DNA of 64,000 bases. It comes from an uncultured Candidatus Saccharibacteria bacterium (GTDB lineage Bacteria > Patescibacteriota > UBA1384 > JACPKC01). This document shows, one piece after another, positions 19,636 to 28,700 of this stretch (positions are counted from its first letter, which is position 1; the number at the start of each line of letters is the position of its first letter). The notes beneath the pieces are model-generated. The model was not told where the DNA came from and ran no database searches. It was given only the letters and a program-made list of their open reading frames with translations. The translations under genes and the position numbers were made by a program. The stretch covers positions 18,128 through 82,127 of the forward strand of contig CAYRGD010000002.1 of the NCBI GenBank assembly GCA_964423885.1. Reading direction: 5' to 3'.

Positions 19636-21537
19636 ATGCAGAACGATGAACTAGGGCATCTGAGCGGCGAGTCTTGGTTGCCACAGCATGAGCTTACTAA
19701 GGAGCTGAAAGAAAAATTCCCAGGAACGTTTTCGGAAAATAAGGTTGATTGCAAAAAGCTCAAGCAAGAGTTGGGTGAGGAGTTTGATGATGCCCCAGAG
19801 CGTTACGGTTTAAGTTGGGCAGGAAAGCAAAACGTTTTTAACGTTATCCAAGAACCAACGACGAAAACACTAAAGGTTGATCGCGATGAATCGGTTGACT
19901 TTGACACAAGTCAGAATCTGTTTATCGAGGGCGATAACCTAGAAGTGCTCAAAGTTTTGCAGCGCTCGTACTACGGCAAAATAAAAATGATTTATATTGA
20001 TCCGCCGTACAATACGGGCAAGGATTTCATCTACTCAGATAAATGGCAACAATCACGTGGGGAGTACGAGCAGGAAGCTGGTATACGAAATGCGGACGGC
20101 AATGTGCATGAAGTAAGTGGCTTGCGGCAAAATACCCGCGACAGCGGTCATTTTCATAGCAACTGGCTCAATATGATGTATCCGCGTCTTTACCTTGCCC
20201 GCAATTTATTGCGACAAGATGGCGTGATCTTCGTCTCGATTGATGATAACGAAGTGCATAATTTGCGCATGATTATGAACGAGATTTTTGGAGAAGAGAA
20301 TTTCATTGACTGTTTGGTTTGGAAGAAACGGTATGGAGGTGGTTCGAAGGAAAAATACTTTGTAACCGTTCATGAATATATTCTGGTTTACGCAAGGGAC
20401 TTAAATAATATCCTTGATATTGAAGTGCCACTGAGCCAAGAGTCCATTGACCGTTATTACACCGAAAAAGACGATCAATTCGAAAAACGGGGCCCTTTTA
20501 GAACCCACCCCTTGGAAGCAACGAGAAGTATGGGAGATCGCCCTAATTTGATTTTTCCAATCAAGGCTCCAGATGGAACAAATATTCTTCCGGAGCGACA
20601 ATGGCTTTGGTCTAAAGAAAGAGTCGCAGAAGCCCAAGATGGGGGTGAGATAAAATTTTATAAGGCTCAAGGTGTTTGGAAAGTTTCCACTAAACAATAC
20701 CTGAAAGATGCTAATGGAAATCTCAGAAATGGGAAAATGCAATCATTAATAGACGGTATATATGGACAGTATGGCACAAATGAGATCATTGAATTAATGC
20801 AAAATGCACAAGTTTTTCCATTTTCAAAACCCACCAAACTAATAGAAGGCTTACTTTCTGCTAGCTCAAGTTCTAACGATATGATATTAGATTTCTTTGC
20901 TGGTTCAGGATCCGCAGCGCATGCTGCCGAGCAATTGAATGCCCGGGACGGCGGTAATCGAAAATGGATTGCAGTACAGTTGGCAGAAGAAGTCGATGAT
21001 ACGAGCGAAGCCAAGAAAGCCGGCTTCAAGAATATTGCCCAACTTTCACGCGAACGAATTCGTCGAGCTGGCAAGAAAATCAGGGGAAATTATAAAGACA
21101 ATATCAAGAAACGAAAAACCCCAATTGATCTTGGATTCAAGGCTTTAAAGCTCGAAGAGACCAACTTTAAGATTTGGGATTCAAGCGTTCGCGACAAGAA
21201 ACAACTTGAGCATCAAATGAAAGCGATGCTGAATGTTATTCGAGACGACGCAGATGAAGGGGATTTGCTGCTTGAATTGATGCTGAAAAGCGGCATTGAG
21301 CCAACAGAAAAACAAGAGAAAGTTGAAACCGAAAGCGGTGAATTTTACCGAATCGGATTGGGAGAGCTTATTATTTGCCTGGCTGACAAAGTCAGTGAAA
21401 AGTTATTTTCTGACATCGTCAACCAAAAACCATCTAAAGTCATATTCTTAGAAAGAGCTTTGCTCCAAAATGATGTGCTTAAATCCAACGTTTTACTTTC
21501 TGCTGAAAAGCTCAACCTAGAAATCAGGATTGTTTAG
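19636..21537 (+). CDS. mod: Type III restriction-modification system methyltransferase (Mod), N6-adenine, beta class
   Basis: IYIDPPYNTG (motif IV DPPY) precedes FFAGSGSAAHAA (motif I FxGxG), the beta-class order. ~630 aa is typical of Mod. GAGGAG RBS before the ATG at 19636. Confidence 0.9.
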   Translation: MQNDELGHLSGESWLPQHELTKELKEKFPGTFSENKVDCKKLKQELGEEFDDAPERYGLSWAGKQNVFNVIQEPTTKTLKVDRDESVDFDTSQNLFIEGDNLEVLKVLQRSYYGKIKMIYIDPPYNTGKDFIYSDKWQQSRGEYEQEAGIRNADGNVHEVSGLRQNTRDSGHFHSNWLNMMYPRLYLARNLLRQDGVIFVSIDDNEVHNLRMIMNEIFGEENFIDCLVWKKRYGGGSKEKYFVTVHEYILVYARDLNNILDIEVPLSQESIDRYYTEKDDQFEKRGPFRTHPLEATRSMGDRPNLIFPIKAPDGTNILPERQWLWSKERVAEAQDGGEIKFYKAQGVWKVSTKQYLKDANGNLRNGKMQSLIDGIYGQYGTNEIIELMQNAQVFPFSKPTKLIEGLLSASSSSNDMILDFFAGSGSAAHAAEQLNARDGGNRKWIAVQLAEEVDDTSEAKKAGFKNIAQLSRERIRRAGKKIRGNYKDNIKKRKTPIDLGFKALKLEETNFKIWDSSVRDKKQLEHQMKAMLNVIRDDADEGDLLLELMLKSGIEPTEKQEKVETESGEFYRIGLGELIICLADKVSEKLFSDIVNQKPSKVIFLERALLQNDVLKSNVLLSAEKLNLEIRIV

Positions 21538-22247
21538 TGCCTGTAAATTATCAACAAAAATTTCTAGATAGTATGGGTGAGGTGGATAAATTGGCATCCA
21601 CGCCCGATCTCATTAGGCAATTTGCCGTGGATGTACTTGTAAAATCTTTGGAGACGCCCGGAATCACCCATTCCGTAGCCAGTGCAATTCGGAACGCAAA
21701 AACTGCGTTGGAAAACATTAGAGATCAATCGATAGCAAATAGATATAGTGCCATCTATTCACAGATGTGCGTATTGGCGTCCTCCGCACTCGAGGTGACA
21801 GTAAAAGAATATTTTGAGAATTTAGCTTTTCATTCTGCCAACTTAAACAAATCTAATCTGAGCGACCTAAAAATTACCCTGAGGGAAGTTGTGGAAAACG
21901 ATCTGAGATTTGGAGGCAAACTCGGAAAGTTAATTCTTGATAAAGACAACTCAATAAATTTTCAGGATCTCGGTTCAATTAAAAGAGTTTTTGAAAAATA
22001 CTTCGAAAGAAAAATAGTTAGATTTGATAGCGAATTGGCGAAGAAGGCAAATTTTTATCTTCAAGCAAGGCATGTACTGGTTCATAAAGGCGGGGTAGTT
22101 GATCAGTCATTCCTGGACTCTAATTCTAAGTATCAATCAAATATCAAGAATTACGCTTTAGGGGAGCGCATTAAGTTAGACGTAACTGATTGGGTGGATA
22201 TTCGGGCAAGTTTTCTTCACATCATAGAAAGTGTGGTGGCAAGATGA
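21537..22247 (+). CDS. hypothetical all-alpha protein embedded between mod and res; candidate HEPN-like ribonuclease (R-x4-H motif RHVLVH near the C-terminus)
   Basis: 236 aa, same low GC as mod/res. GTG start overlaps the mod stop by 1 nt, and its TGA overlaps the res ATG (ATGA). Predicted helical throughout. The only conserved-looking motif is QARHVLVHKGG, which fits the HEPN R[NHQ]xxxH pattern. Confidence 0.6.
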   Translation: MPVNYQQKFLDSMGEVDKLASTPDLIRQFAVDVLVKSLETPGITHSVASAIRNAKTALENIRDQSIANRYSAIYSQMCVLASSALEVTVKEYFENLAFHSANLNKSNLSDLKITLREVVENDLRFGGKLGKLILDKDNSINFQDLGSIKRVFEKYFERKIVRFDSELAKKANFYLQARHVLVHKGGVVDQSFLDSNSKYQSNIKNYALGERIKLDVTDWVDIRASFLHIIESVVAR

Positions 22248-24952
22248 AGCTTCGATTTGATGCCAACCAGAACTATCAACTAGATGCTATTCAATCGGTT
22301 GTCGATTTATTTGAAGGCCAATTACTTCAGAGTGATAATCTTTCTGTAACAAAATCAAAGATATATCGTAGTGATTCGCGACAGACAGCGTTGGTTGAGG
22401 AGACTGCTGCAGCAAATAATCGATCAATCGATGTTGAACAGCTCTACCGAAATACACACAATATTCAAAAGCGGAATAACATTTCTCAGGACTATTGGTT
22501 GCCGGAATGGGATGAAGAGGGTTGGAATCAAGAAAAAATCTTTGAGGTAAAGCGATCATTTGAGAAGCACTTCACGGTCGAAATGGAAACGGGTACCGGA
22601 AAAACGTATGTGTATCTTCGTACAATCCACGAACTCTATAAAACGTATGGTTTCAAAAAATTTATTGTCGTTGTTCCGAGTGTTGCGATCAAAGAGGGGG
22701 TGCTAAAGAACTTAGAAATTACGCGGGAGCACTTTGCTCAACTGTACGGTAATCCTTCGCTCGATTGGTACGAGTGGAATTCAAAAAAGCGAGGCCAGGC
22801 CCGACAATTTGCAACCAACGATAGCTTGCAAATTATGGTTATCAATATCGATTCGTTTACGCGAGCGGAGAACATTATTAATCAGCAATCGGATTACGGC
22901 ACGCCGATTCAGTTTATTACAGCCACCAATCCAATTGTGATTGTCGATGAACCGCAGAACATGGAGACCGATACGCGGAAGGCTGCAATTGAATCACTCA
23001 ATCCGCTTTGTACACTTCGCTATTCGGCAACCCATAAAAATGAATATAACCTGCTGTATAAGCTCGATCCCGTGAAGGCGTACGATCTTGGCTTGGTGAA
23101 GAAGGTTGAGGTTGACTCAGTTGTTTCGGAGAATGCATACAATACTGCGTACATCAACGTAAAAAAGATTGCCAGGAAGGGTAAAAGTGCCTTGATTGCA
23201 CATGTCGAGGTAGATAAAGATGACGCAGCTGGTTTGCAACGTAAAGAGCTGAAGCTCGAAGTCGAAGATGACTTAGCTGAGATTACCGGACGCCAGATTT
23301 ACGAAGACTATGTTGTTACGAGGATTAGCTTGGAAGAAAAGTGCATCGAGTTTTCGAATGGTAAAGAATTTTGTATTGGCGAGATGCGAGAAGATCTGCG
23401 CGATGAAGTGGTGAAGTTCCAGATTGAACGAACGATAGAAAACCATTTTGAGAAAGAGAAGCGATTGCAACCGCTAGGAATTAAGGTGCTCTCCCTATTC
23501 TTTCTTGATCGAGTGGCAAATTACCGCATCCATTCAGCAGATGGCAACCAAAAAGGTAAGTTCGCAATGTGGTTTGAGGAAGCGTACGAGAGGATCAGAG
23601 CAAAACCGCAATTTGCAGGTGTGCTAGAGCACTCGGCTGATCAAGTGCACAATGGGTATTTCTCAAAGGATAGACGCGGAAATGTTAGTGACACATCTGG
23701 CACAGCCAGGGCTGATGACGATACTTATGGGCTCATTATGAAGGACAAGGAACGTTTGTTGAGTTTGAACGAGCCACTGCGATTCATTTTTAGTCATTCG
23801 GCGTTGCGCGAGGGTTGGGATAATCCAAACGTCTTTCAAATCTGTACGCTCAATGAGACGCACGAGGATATAAAAAAGCGTCAAGAAATCGGTCGAGGCA
23901 TGCGTTTGCCAGTTAATGCTAATGGCGAGCGCGTGTTTGATGAAAACGTCAATATCCTGACCGTTATTGCAAATGAAAGCTATGAAGACTTTGCATGCCA
24001 TCTTCAGGCTGAGATTCAGGATGAAACAGGTGTCGTTTTTGCGAGTAATCGAATTAAGGATAAGAGAAAGCGGCGGACTGCGGCATTGAAAAAGAACTAT
24101 CAGCTTGATGAGAATTTTCAAGAACTATGGAGCCGAATCGACAAAAAAACTCGCTACCATGTGACGTTCGATTCTCAGGACTTAGTACGTAAAACGTGCG
24201 AAATGCTGAGCGACGTAATTATTCGAAAAGCAAAGGTAGTAAGTACGAAGGCATTGCTTAACATGGACGAAGGCGGCATTGCGACCGAGGTAAGATCAAC
24301 TGCGGTACGGCGAGATGACGGTACGCAAAAACAACTTCCTATTCCGGATGTATTGGGGAAGATTCAGCAACATACAAAGTTAACGCGAGCGACGATATTT
24401 TCGATATTAGATCGGTCTGGAATGGTAGAAAAAATTTTGGTGAATCCTCAGCAAGTTATTGACGAAGTGACTAGAGTGATTAATCAAGTAATGAAAGCAT
24501 TGATGGTCGACGGTATTAAATATGAGCGCTTAGATGGTGAAGTATGGGAGCTGCAACGCTTTAAGGATGAGGAACTAGAAAGTTATTTAGAAAATCTTGT
24601 TGAGGTGCAAAAACAAGAAAAGACGCTATATGACCATATCCTTGTAGATTCAGACGTCGAGCGCTCTTTCGCTCATGAGTGTGAAGCTCGTGATGATGTG
24701 AGGTTTTACTTCAAGTTGCCGAGTTGGTTCAAAATCGATACGCCACTTGGAAGCTACAACCCCGATTGGGCGCTAGTGTTTGAGAATGATGAACGAATAT
24801 ATTTTGTCGCCGAAACGAAGGGCACTAGTGATTCATCTCGTATTTCTGAGATTGAGCGATTGAAAATTAAGAGCGGTCGGAAGCACTTTGAAGTGCTGGA
24901 CGGCGTTGAATTCAAGGCGCCAGTTGAGAATCTGTCTCAAGTAGTAGATTGA
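22244..24952 (+). CDS. res: Type III restriction enzyme Res subunit (SF2 helicase plus C-terminal PD-(D/E)xK nuclease)
   Basis: Helicase motif I-like (TGTGKT), motif II (IVIDEPQN), and a C-terminal PDW...VAETKG nuclease motif. ~900 aa. ATGA-coupled to the upstream gene. Confidence 0.9.
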   Translation: MKLRFDANQNYQLDAIQSVVDLFEGQLLQSDNLSVTKSKIYRSDSRQTALVEETAAANNRSIDVEQLYRNTHNIQKRNNISQDYWLPEWDEEGWNQEKIFEVKRSFEKHFTVEMETGTGKTYVYLRTIHELYKTYGFKKFIVVVPSVAIKEGVLKNLEITREHFAQLYGNPSLDWYEWNSKKRGQARQFATNDSLQIMVINIDSFTRAENIINQQSDYGTPIQFITATNPIVIVDEPQNMETDTRKAAIESLNPLCTLRYSATHKNEYNLLYKLDPVKAYDLGLVKKVEVDSVVSENAYNTAYINVKKIARKGKSALIAHVEVDKDDAAGLQRKELKLEVEDDLAEITGRQIYEDYVVTRISLEEKCIEFSNGKEFCIGEMREDLRDEVVKFQIERTIENHFEKEKRLQPLGIKVLSLFFLDRVANYRIHSADGNQKGKFAMWFEEAYERIRAKPQFAGVLEHSADQVHNGYFSKDRRGNVSDTSGTARADDDTYGLIMKDKERLLSLNEPLRFIFSHSALREGWDNPNVFQICTLNETHEDIKKRQEIGRGMRLPVNANGERVFDENVNILTVIANESYEDFACHLQAEIQDETGVVFASNRIKDKRKRRTAALKKNYQLDENFQELWSRIDKKTRYHVTFDSQDLVRKTCEMLSDVIIRKAKVVSTKALLNMDEGGIATEVRSTAVRRDDGTQKQLPIPDVLGKIQQHTKLTRATIFSILDRSGMVEKILVNPQQVIDEVTRVINQVMKALMVDGIKYERLDGEVWELQRFKDEELESYLENLVEVQKQEKTLYDHILVDSDVERSFAHECEARDDVRFYFKLPSWFKIDTPLGSYNPDWALVFENDERIYFVAETKGTSDSSRISEIERLKIKSGRKHFEVLDGVEFKAPVENLSQVVD

Positions 24953-25030
24953 ATCTTGCACATAATAATTGGAGATCTAGTAGAAGGATCCTCTGGATAA
25001 AGTTGTTCCTTTCTTTTACACTTCGCCCTC

Positions 25031-25999
25031 ATGCACTACGGATTCTGGGAGAAGCTCCCGCGGCCATTTTTCGTGCTTGCGCCGATGGCGAACGTAACCG
25101 ATACGGTCTTTCGCCAGATTATCGTGGCGCATAGTCGGCCGGACGTGCTCTTTACCGAATTCGTGTCGTGCGACGGGCTCATGTCGCGCGGGTATGACGC
25201 GCTCATCCGCGACTTGTCGTACGCGCCGGTGGAGCGCCCGATCGTGGCCCAGGTCTTCGGGGCGACGCCCAAGAATTTTTACGGTACCGGCAAGCTCGTG
25301 GCCGAGCTGGGGTTCGACGGCTTGGATATCAACATGGGGTGCCCGGACAAGGCGGTGGTAAAGCAGGGTGCGGGTGCGGGGCTGATCAAAACGCCGTCGC
25401 TGGCGCTCGAACTCATCGCTGCGGCGCGCGAAGGGACGAAGGCGGGCGGACGCGAGCTGCCAATTTCGGTCAAAACCCGCCTAGGCGGCAGTGTCGACGA
25501 GGCTGACCGCTGGATCCCGCAGTTGTTGTCGGCCACGATCCCGGCGCTCACCGTGCACTGTCGGACGCGCAAGGAAATGTCGAAGGTACCCGCGCACTGG
25601 GAGCGGATGAAGGACATCGTGGCGATGGCGGCTGGTATCGGCACAATCATTGTCGGCAACGGCGACGTGCTGTCGGTGGCCGACGGCCGCGCGAAAGCCG
25701 AGGCGAGCGGTGTCGACGGGCTCATGCTCGGGCGGGCAATCTTCGGCAACCCGTGGCTGTTCCGCGACGGCTACGCGCCGAGCGTCCGCGAACGGCTTAC
25801 CGTGATGGTCGAGCACACGCGGCTCTTTGCCAGCACCTGGGGCGACACCAAAAACTTTGAAACCATGAAGAAGCACTACAAGGCGTATGCCAATGGCTTT
25901 CCCGGCGCGCACGAACTGCGGGCCGAGCTGATGACGCTCCACGACGCCGAGGCTGTTGCCACGACGGTCGAGCGGTTCCTTGCGGGCGTAGCGGCCTAG
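25031..25999 (+). CDS. dus: tRNA-dihydrouridine synthase
   Basis: FVLAPMANVTDTVFRQ, GLDINMGCP, and an FMN-binding TIM-barrel pattern typical of the DusB family. Confidence 0.9.
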   Translation: MHYGFWEKLPRPFFVLAPMANVTDTVFRQIIVAHSRPDVLFTEFVSCDGLMSRGYDALIRDLSYAPVERPIVAQVFGATPKNFYGTGKLVAELGFDGLDINMGCPDKAVVKQGAGAGLIKTPSLALELIAAAREGTKAGGRELPISVKTRLGGSVDEADRWIPQLLSATIPALTVHCRTRKEMSKVPAHWERMKDIVAMAAGIGTIIVGNGDVLSVADGRAKAEASGVDGLMLGRAIFGNPWLFRDGYAPSVRERLTVMVEHTRLFASTWGDTKNFETMKKHYKAYANGFPGAHELRAELMTLHDAEAVATTVERFLAGVAA

Positions 26000-26235
26000 T
26001 AGTTGTAGATCGAGCCGCCGGCCCCGCCGACTGCGGCGCTCGGGGTGTCTCTGGTAGTCGGCGTGGCACTGTACGGATCGGCTGCCGGGTGTTTGGCCTT
26101 CCAGGCCGTGAAGCCGGCGTAGTACACGATGCCGCCGATCACCAGGTAGAGCAGTACCCAGGCCCAGACCGGCATGCCCGCCTTGCCGTAGCCGTACGCG
26201 CCGCCTGCCGGCTCGGGTTTCGTTGTGTCCGCCAT
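25996..26235 (-). CDS. small hypothetical membrane protein
   Basis: AAAGGAGGGG RBS before the ATG (MADTTKPEP). One TM helix (VWAWVLLYLVIGGIVYYAGF). Overlaps the 3' end of dus by 4 bp on the opposite strand. Confidence 0.4.
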   Translation of the reverse strand: MADTTKPEPAGGAYGYGKAGMPVWAWVLLYLVIGGIVYYAGFTAWKAKHPAADPYSATPTTRDTPSAAVGGAGGSIYNY

Positions 26236-26343
26236 ACCCCTCCTTTTTGTTGCTTTCGGCCAGTATACGCCTTCGAGGCCGGGGTGCCAGGTAGGCAAGC
26301 GGCCGACGCTGCGCTATACTGTAAGCCACTTAGCAAATTCCCG

Positions 26344-27996
26344 ATGAAAGGGGCACTCCGCATGCACGCGCTTCCCGCCGGCCGTAAATGGTCGATCCTC
26401 CTGGTATTGAGCCTTGCGCTCGCGATTATCATCCTGGATACGACGCTCTTGAACGTCTCGCTCGCGGCGATCATCCGCGACTTGAGCACCGACATCCAGG
26501 GCATCCAGTGGGTGATCACGGGCTACTCGCTGGTGCTGGCCGCACTCACGATCACGGGAGGCCGCCTGGGCGACTTGTTCGGCCGCCGCCGGATGTTCGT
26601 CGTGGGGGCGGTGCTGTTCGCGATCGGTTCGTTCGTGACGTCGGTCAGCACCACCGTGCCGCAGATGATTATCGGCGAGGCGTTGATCGAAGGCATGGGC
26701 GCGGCGCTCATGATGCCGGCCACGGCGTCGATCCTCGTGTCGATTTTCCACGGCCGCGAGCGTGCGATCGGGTTCGGGATCTGGGGCGCGGTCGCCGGTT
26801 CGTCGGCGGCGCTCGGCCCGATCGTGGGCGGGTACCTGGCCACCAACTACAGCTGGCGCTGGGGATTCCGGATCAACATCCTGGTCGCAGCCTTGCTCGT
26901 GCTCGGCAGCCTCATCATTCCCGAAGCCCGCGATACCGAAGAAAAGCCGCGTCTCGACGTGGTCGGGATCCTGACCTCGGGCCTGGGATTGCTGCTCTTC
27001 GTGTTCGGCGTCATCGAGTCGTCGACCTACGGCTGGTGGACCGCTAAGAAACTCTTTACGATCGGCGGCACCGTGATCGGGTTCGGCAACCTGTCGATCG
27101 TGCCCACGGCCATGCTCTTCGGCGTGGTGCTCCTGCTGCTCTTCGTACTGTGGGAACAGGAAGTCGAGCGGTCGGGCGGGACGCCGCTCGTGTCGATGCG
27201 GTTGTTCGGTAACCGCCAATTCACCTCGGGCGCGCTCGTGACCGCCATCCTGTCGCTCGGCATGTCGGGCATCATCTTTTCGATCCCGGTCTTTCTGCAG
27301 GCGGTCCGTAAGCTCGACGCGCTCCATACCGGCTACAGCCTGCTGCCGCTCTCGCTGACCTTGCTCGTGGTCTCGCCGCTCGGGGCCGCGCTGTCGGGCA
27401 AGCTGCGGCCGAAATTGCTTATCCAGCTTGGGCTGCTCGCCAACGTCGGGGCGGCACTGGTGCTCCGCCACGCGTTCCGGGTCGAGGCGGTCGCGGCCGA
27501 TTTCGCACCGGGCCTGGCCCTGTTTGGGTTCGGGATGGGGCTCGTGATGTCACAGATCAACAACCTGACGCTGTCGGCGGTGTCGCCGCAGCAGGCCGGC
27601 GAGGCGTCGGGCGTCAACAACACGCTCCGCCAGATGGGGACGTCGTTCGGGTCGGCGATCATCGGGACAGTATTGCTGACCACCCTGTCGTCGCACCTGG
27701 TGAGCGGCGTCCAGGCGAGCCCGGTCATCCCGGACGCGTCCAAGGCGCAGATCGCGGCCGCGGTGTCGACCCAGAGCAGCAACGTCGAGTTCGGCGGCGG
27801 CGCCCAGTTGCCGGCCGGTACCCCGCCGGCGATCGGCCAGGAACTCGCGGCTATCGGCGCGGCGGCCACGGTCGCGGCCAACAAGCAGGCGATGCTCTAC
27901 GGGATCTGGTTCGCCATCTTGGGATTCCTGGTGTCGTTCACGATCCCGAATACCAAAAAGATCGAAACGGAACAGTCGTTGGCCGGCGGCCACTAG
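26344..27996 (+). CDS. MFS transporter, DHA2 (EmrB/QacA, 14-TMS) type
   Basis: 14 hydrophobic segments with the G-R-L-x-D-x-x-G-R-R motif (GGRLGDLFGRRRMF) after TM2. The track ORF has a long non-coding-looking 5' extension; the start is taken at MKGAL. Confidence 0.85.
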   Translation: MKGALRMHALPAGRKWSILLVLSLALAIIILDTTLLNVSLAAIIRDLSTDIQGIQWVITGYSLVLAALTITGGRLGDLFGRRRMFVVGAVLFAIGSFVTSVSTTVPQMIIGEALIEGMGAALMMPATASILVSIFHGRERAIGFGIWGAVAGSSAALGPIVGGYLATNYSWRWGFRINILVAALLVLGSLIIPEARDTEEKPRLDVVGILTSGLGLLLFVFGVIESSTYGWWTAKKLFTIGGTVIGFGNLSIVPTAMLFGVVLLLLFVLWEQEVERSGGTPLVSMRLFGNRQFTSGALVTAILSLGMSGIIFSIPVFLQAVRKLDALHTGYSLLPLSLTLLVVSPLGAALSGKLRPKLLIQLGLLANVGAALVLRHAFRVEAVAADFAPGLALFGFGMGLVMSQINNLTLSAVSPQQAGEASGVNNTLRQMGTSFGSAIIGTVLLTTLSSHLVSGVQASPVIPDASKAQIAAAVSTQSSNVEFGGGAQLPAGTPPAIGQELAAIGAAATVAANKQAMLYGIWFAILGFLVSFTIPNTKKIETEQSLAGGH

Positions 27997-28700
27997 TCCT
28001 TGAAGCGGAACGAGACGGCCGCGGCGTCAAAGACCGCCGGGCCGTCGACGGTAGCGGGATCGTAAGTGAGCGCCAGACGGTAGAACTTGCCTTGGTGGCT
28101 CAATTCGGTTTCGATCGTTTCCCTGGTGCCGTCGGCGTACCGTTGCCGGGTGCCACGTTCGCCGTCGACCGTGATATCGGCCTGGTCGAGCAGGTCGGCA
28201 TGATCGGTTGCGGTTGCTGCGGCCGTGACCGTAACGAGGAACGTCGCGTTCGTGCGGCTCGCTTCGAGGCGGATGGGTTCGGTGCTGCCGGAATGCTGGT
28301 TGAGCTTCACGCTCCACGAGCCTGCGAGCGAGGCGGCGAAGTAATTGGTACTTAGCGACGCGGTGCCGGTGCCCAGCGATGATGACGGTTTCGTCGTGTC
28401 CGTGGCCGTGCTGTCATTGGCGTCCGCCGGATCGTCCGATGCAGCCGGAAGGCCCGATTGCCCGCCAATCGCCGCCTCGATCCGGTCGCCCAGGAAATCA
28501 CCGATCACCGGCAGGTACTTCAGAGGTTGGATGACAAGCGAGAGGATCCAGAGCACGGCCGCCAGTCCGAGCGTCGAACCGACACCGGTGAGCAGGCCCT
28601 GCCAGACCGGCCGTTTCCACGAGGTAAGAATCCTGTTCTGCCGCTCGACGGCCCTGGTAAGCCGGGCAGTCTCGGATTCCGGCGGCATGATCACTCCCAT
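27993..28700 (-). CDS. hypothetical membrane-anchored extracytoplasmic protein, last gene of the ABC-transporter operon
   Basis: One N-terminal TM helix then a ~170-aa Ser/Thr/Ala-rich exported domain. Start overlaps the permease stop by 10 bp. I do not recognise the domain. Confidence 0.5.
   Translation of the reverse strand: MGVIMPPESETARLTRAVERQNRILTSWKRPVWQGLLTGVGSTLGLAAVLWILSLVIQPLKYLPVIGDFLGDRIEAAIGGQSGLPAASDDPADANDSTATDTTKPSSSLGTGTASLSTNYFAASLAGSWSVKLNQHSGSTEPIRLEASRTNATFLVTVTAAATATDHADLLDQADITVDGERGTRQRYADGTRETIETELSHQGKFYRLALTYDPATVDGPAVFDAAAVSFRFKD

Larger units (their letters stand above)
19259..25030. other. low-GC (~40% vs ~65% background) horizontally acquired island carrying a Type III R-M system
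   Basis: Abrupt fall in GC visible by eye from ~19.6 kb to ~24.95 kb and rise again at dus. Codon usage is AT-rich. I did not recognise an integrase, tRNA or obvious direct repeats at the edges. Confidence 0.7.

Noticed and set aside
26089-26343. 5' extension of the MFS ORF
   Set aside because: Non-conserved, Arg-rich. The MFS TM1 begins right after MKGAL at 26344; the extension also overlaps the small minus-strand gene.
26314-27471. 385-aa minus-strand ORF
   Set aside because: Antisense of the MFS transporter gene. Arg/Glu/Asp-rich, no motif.
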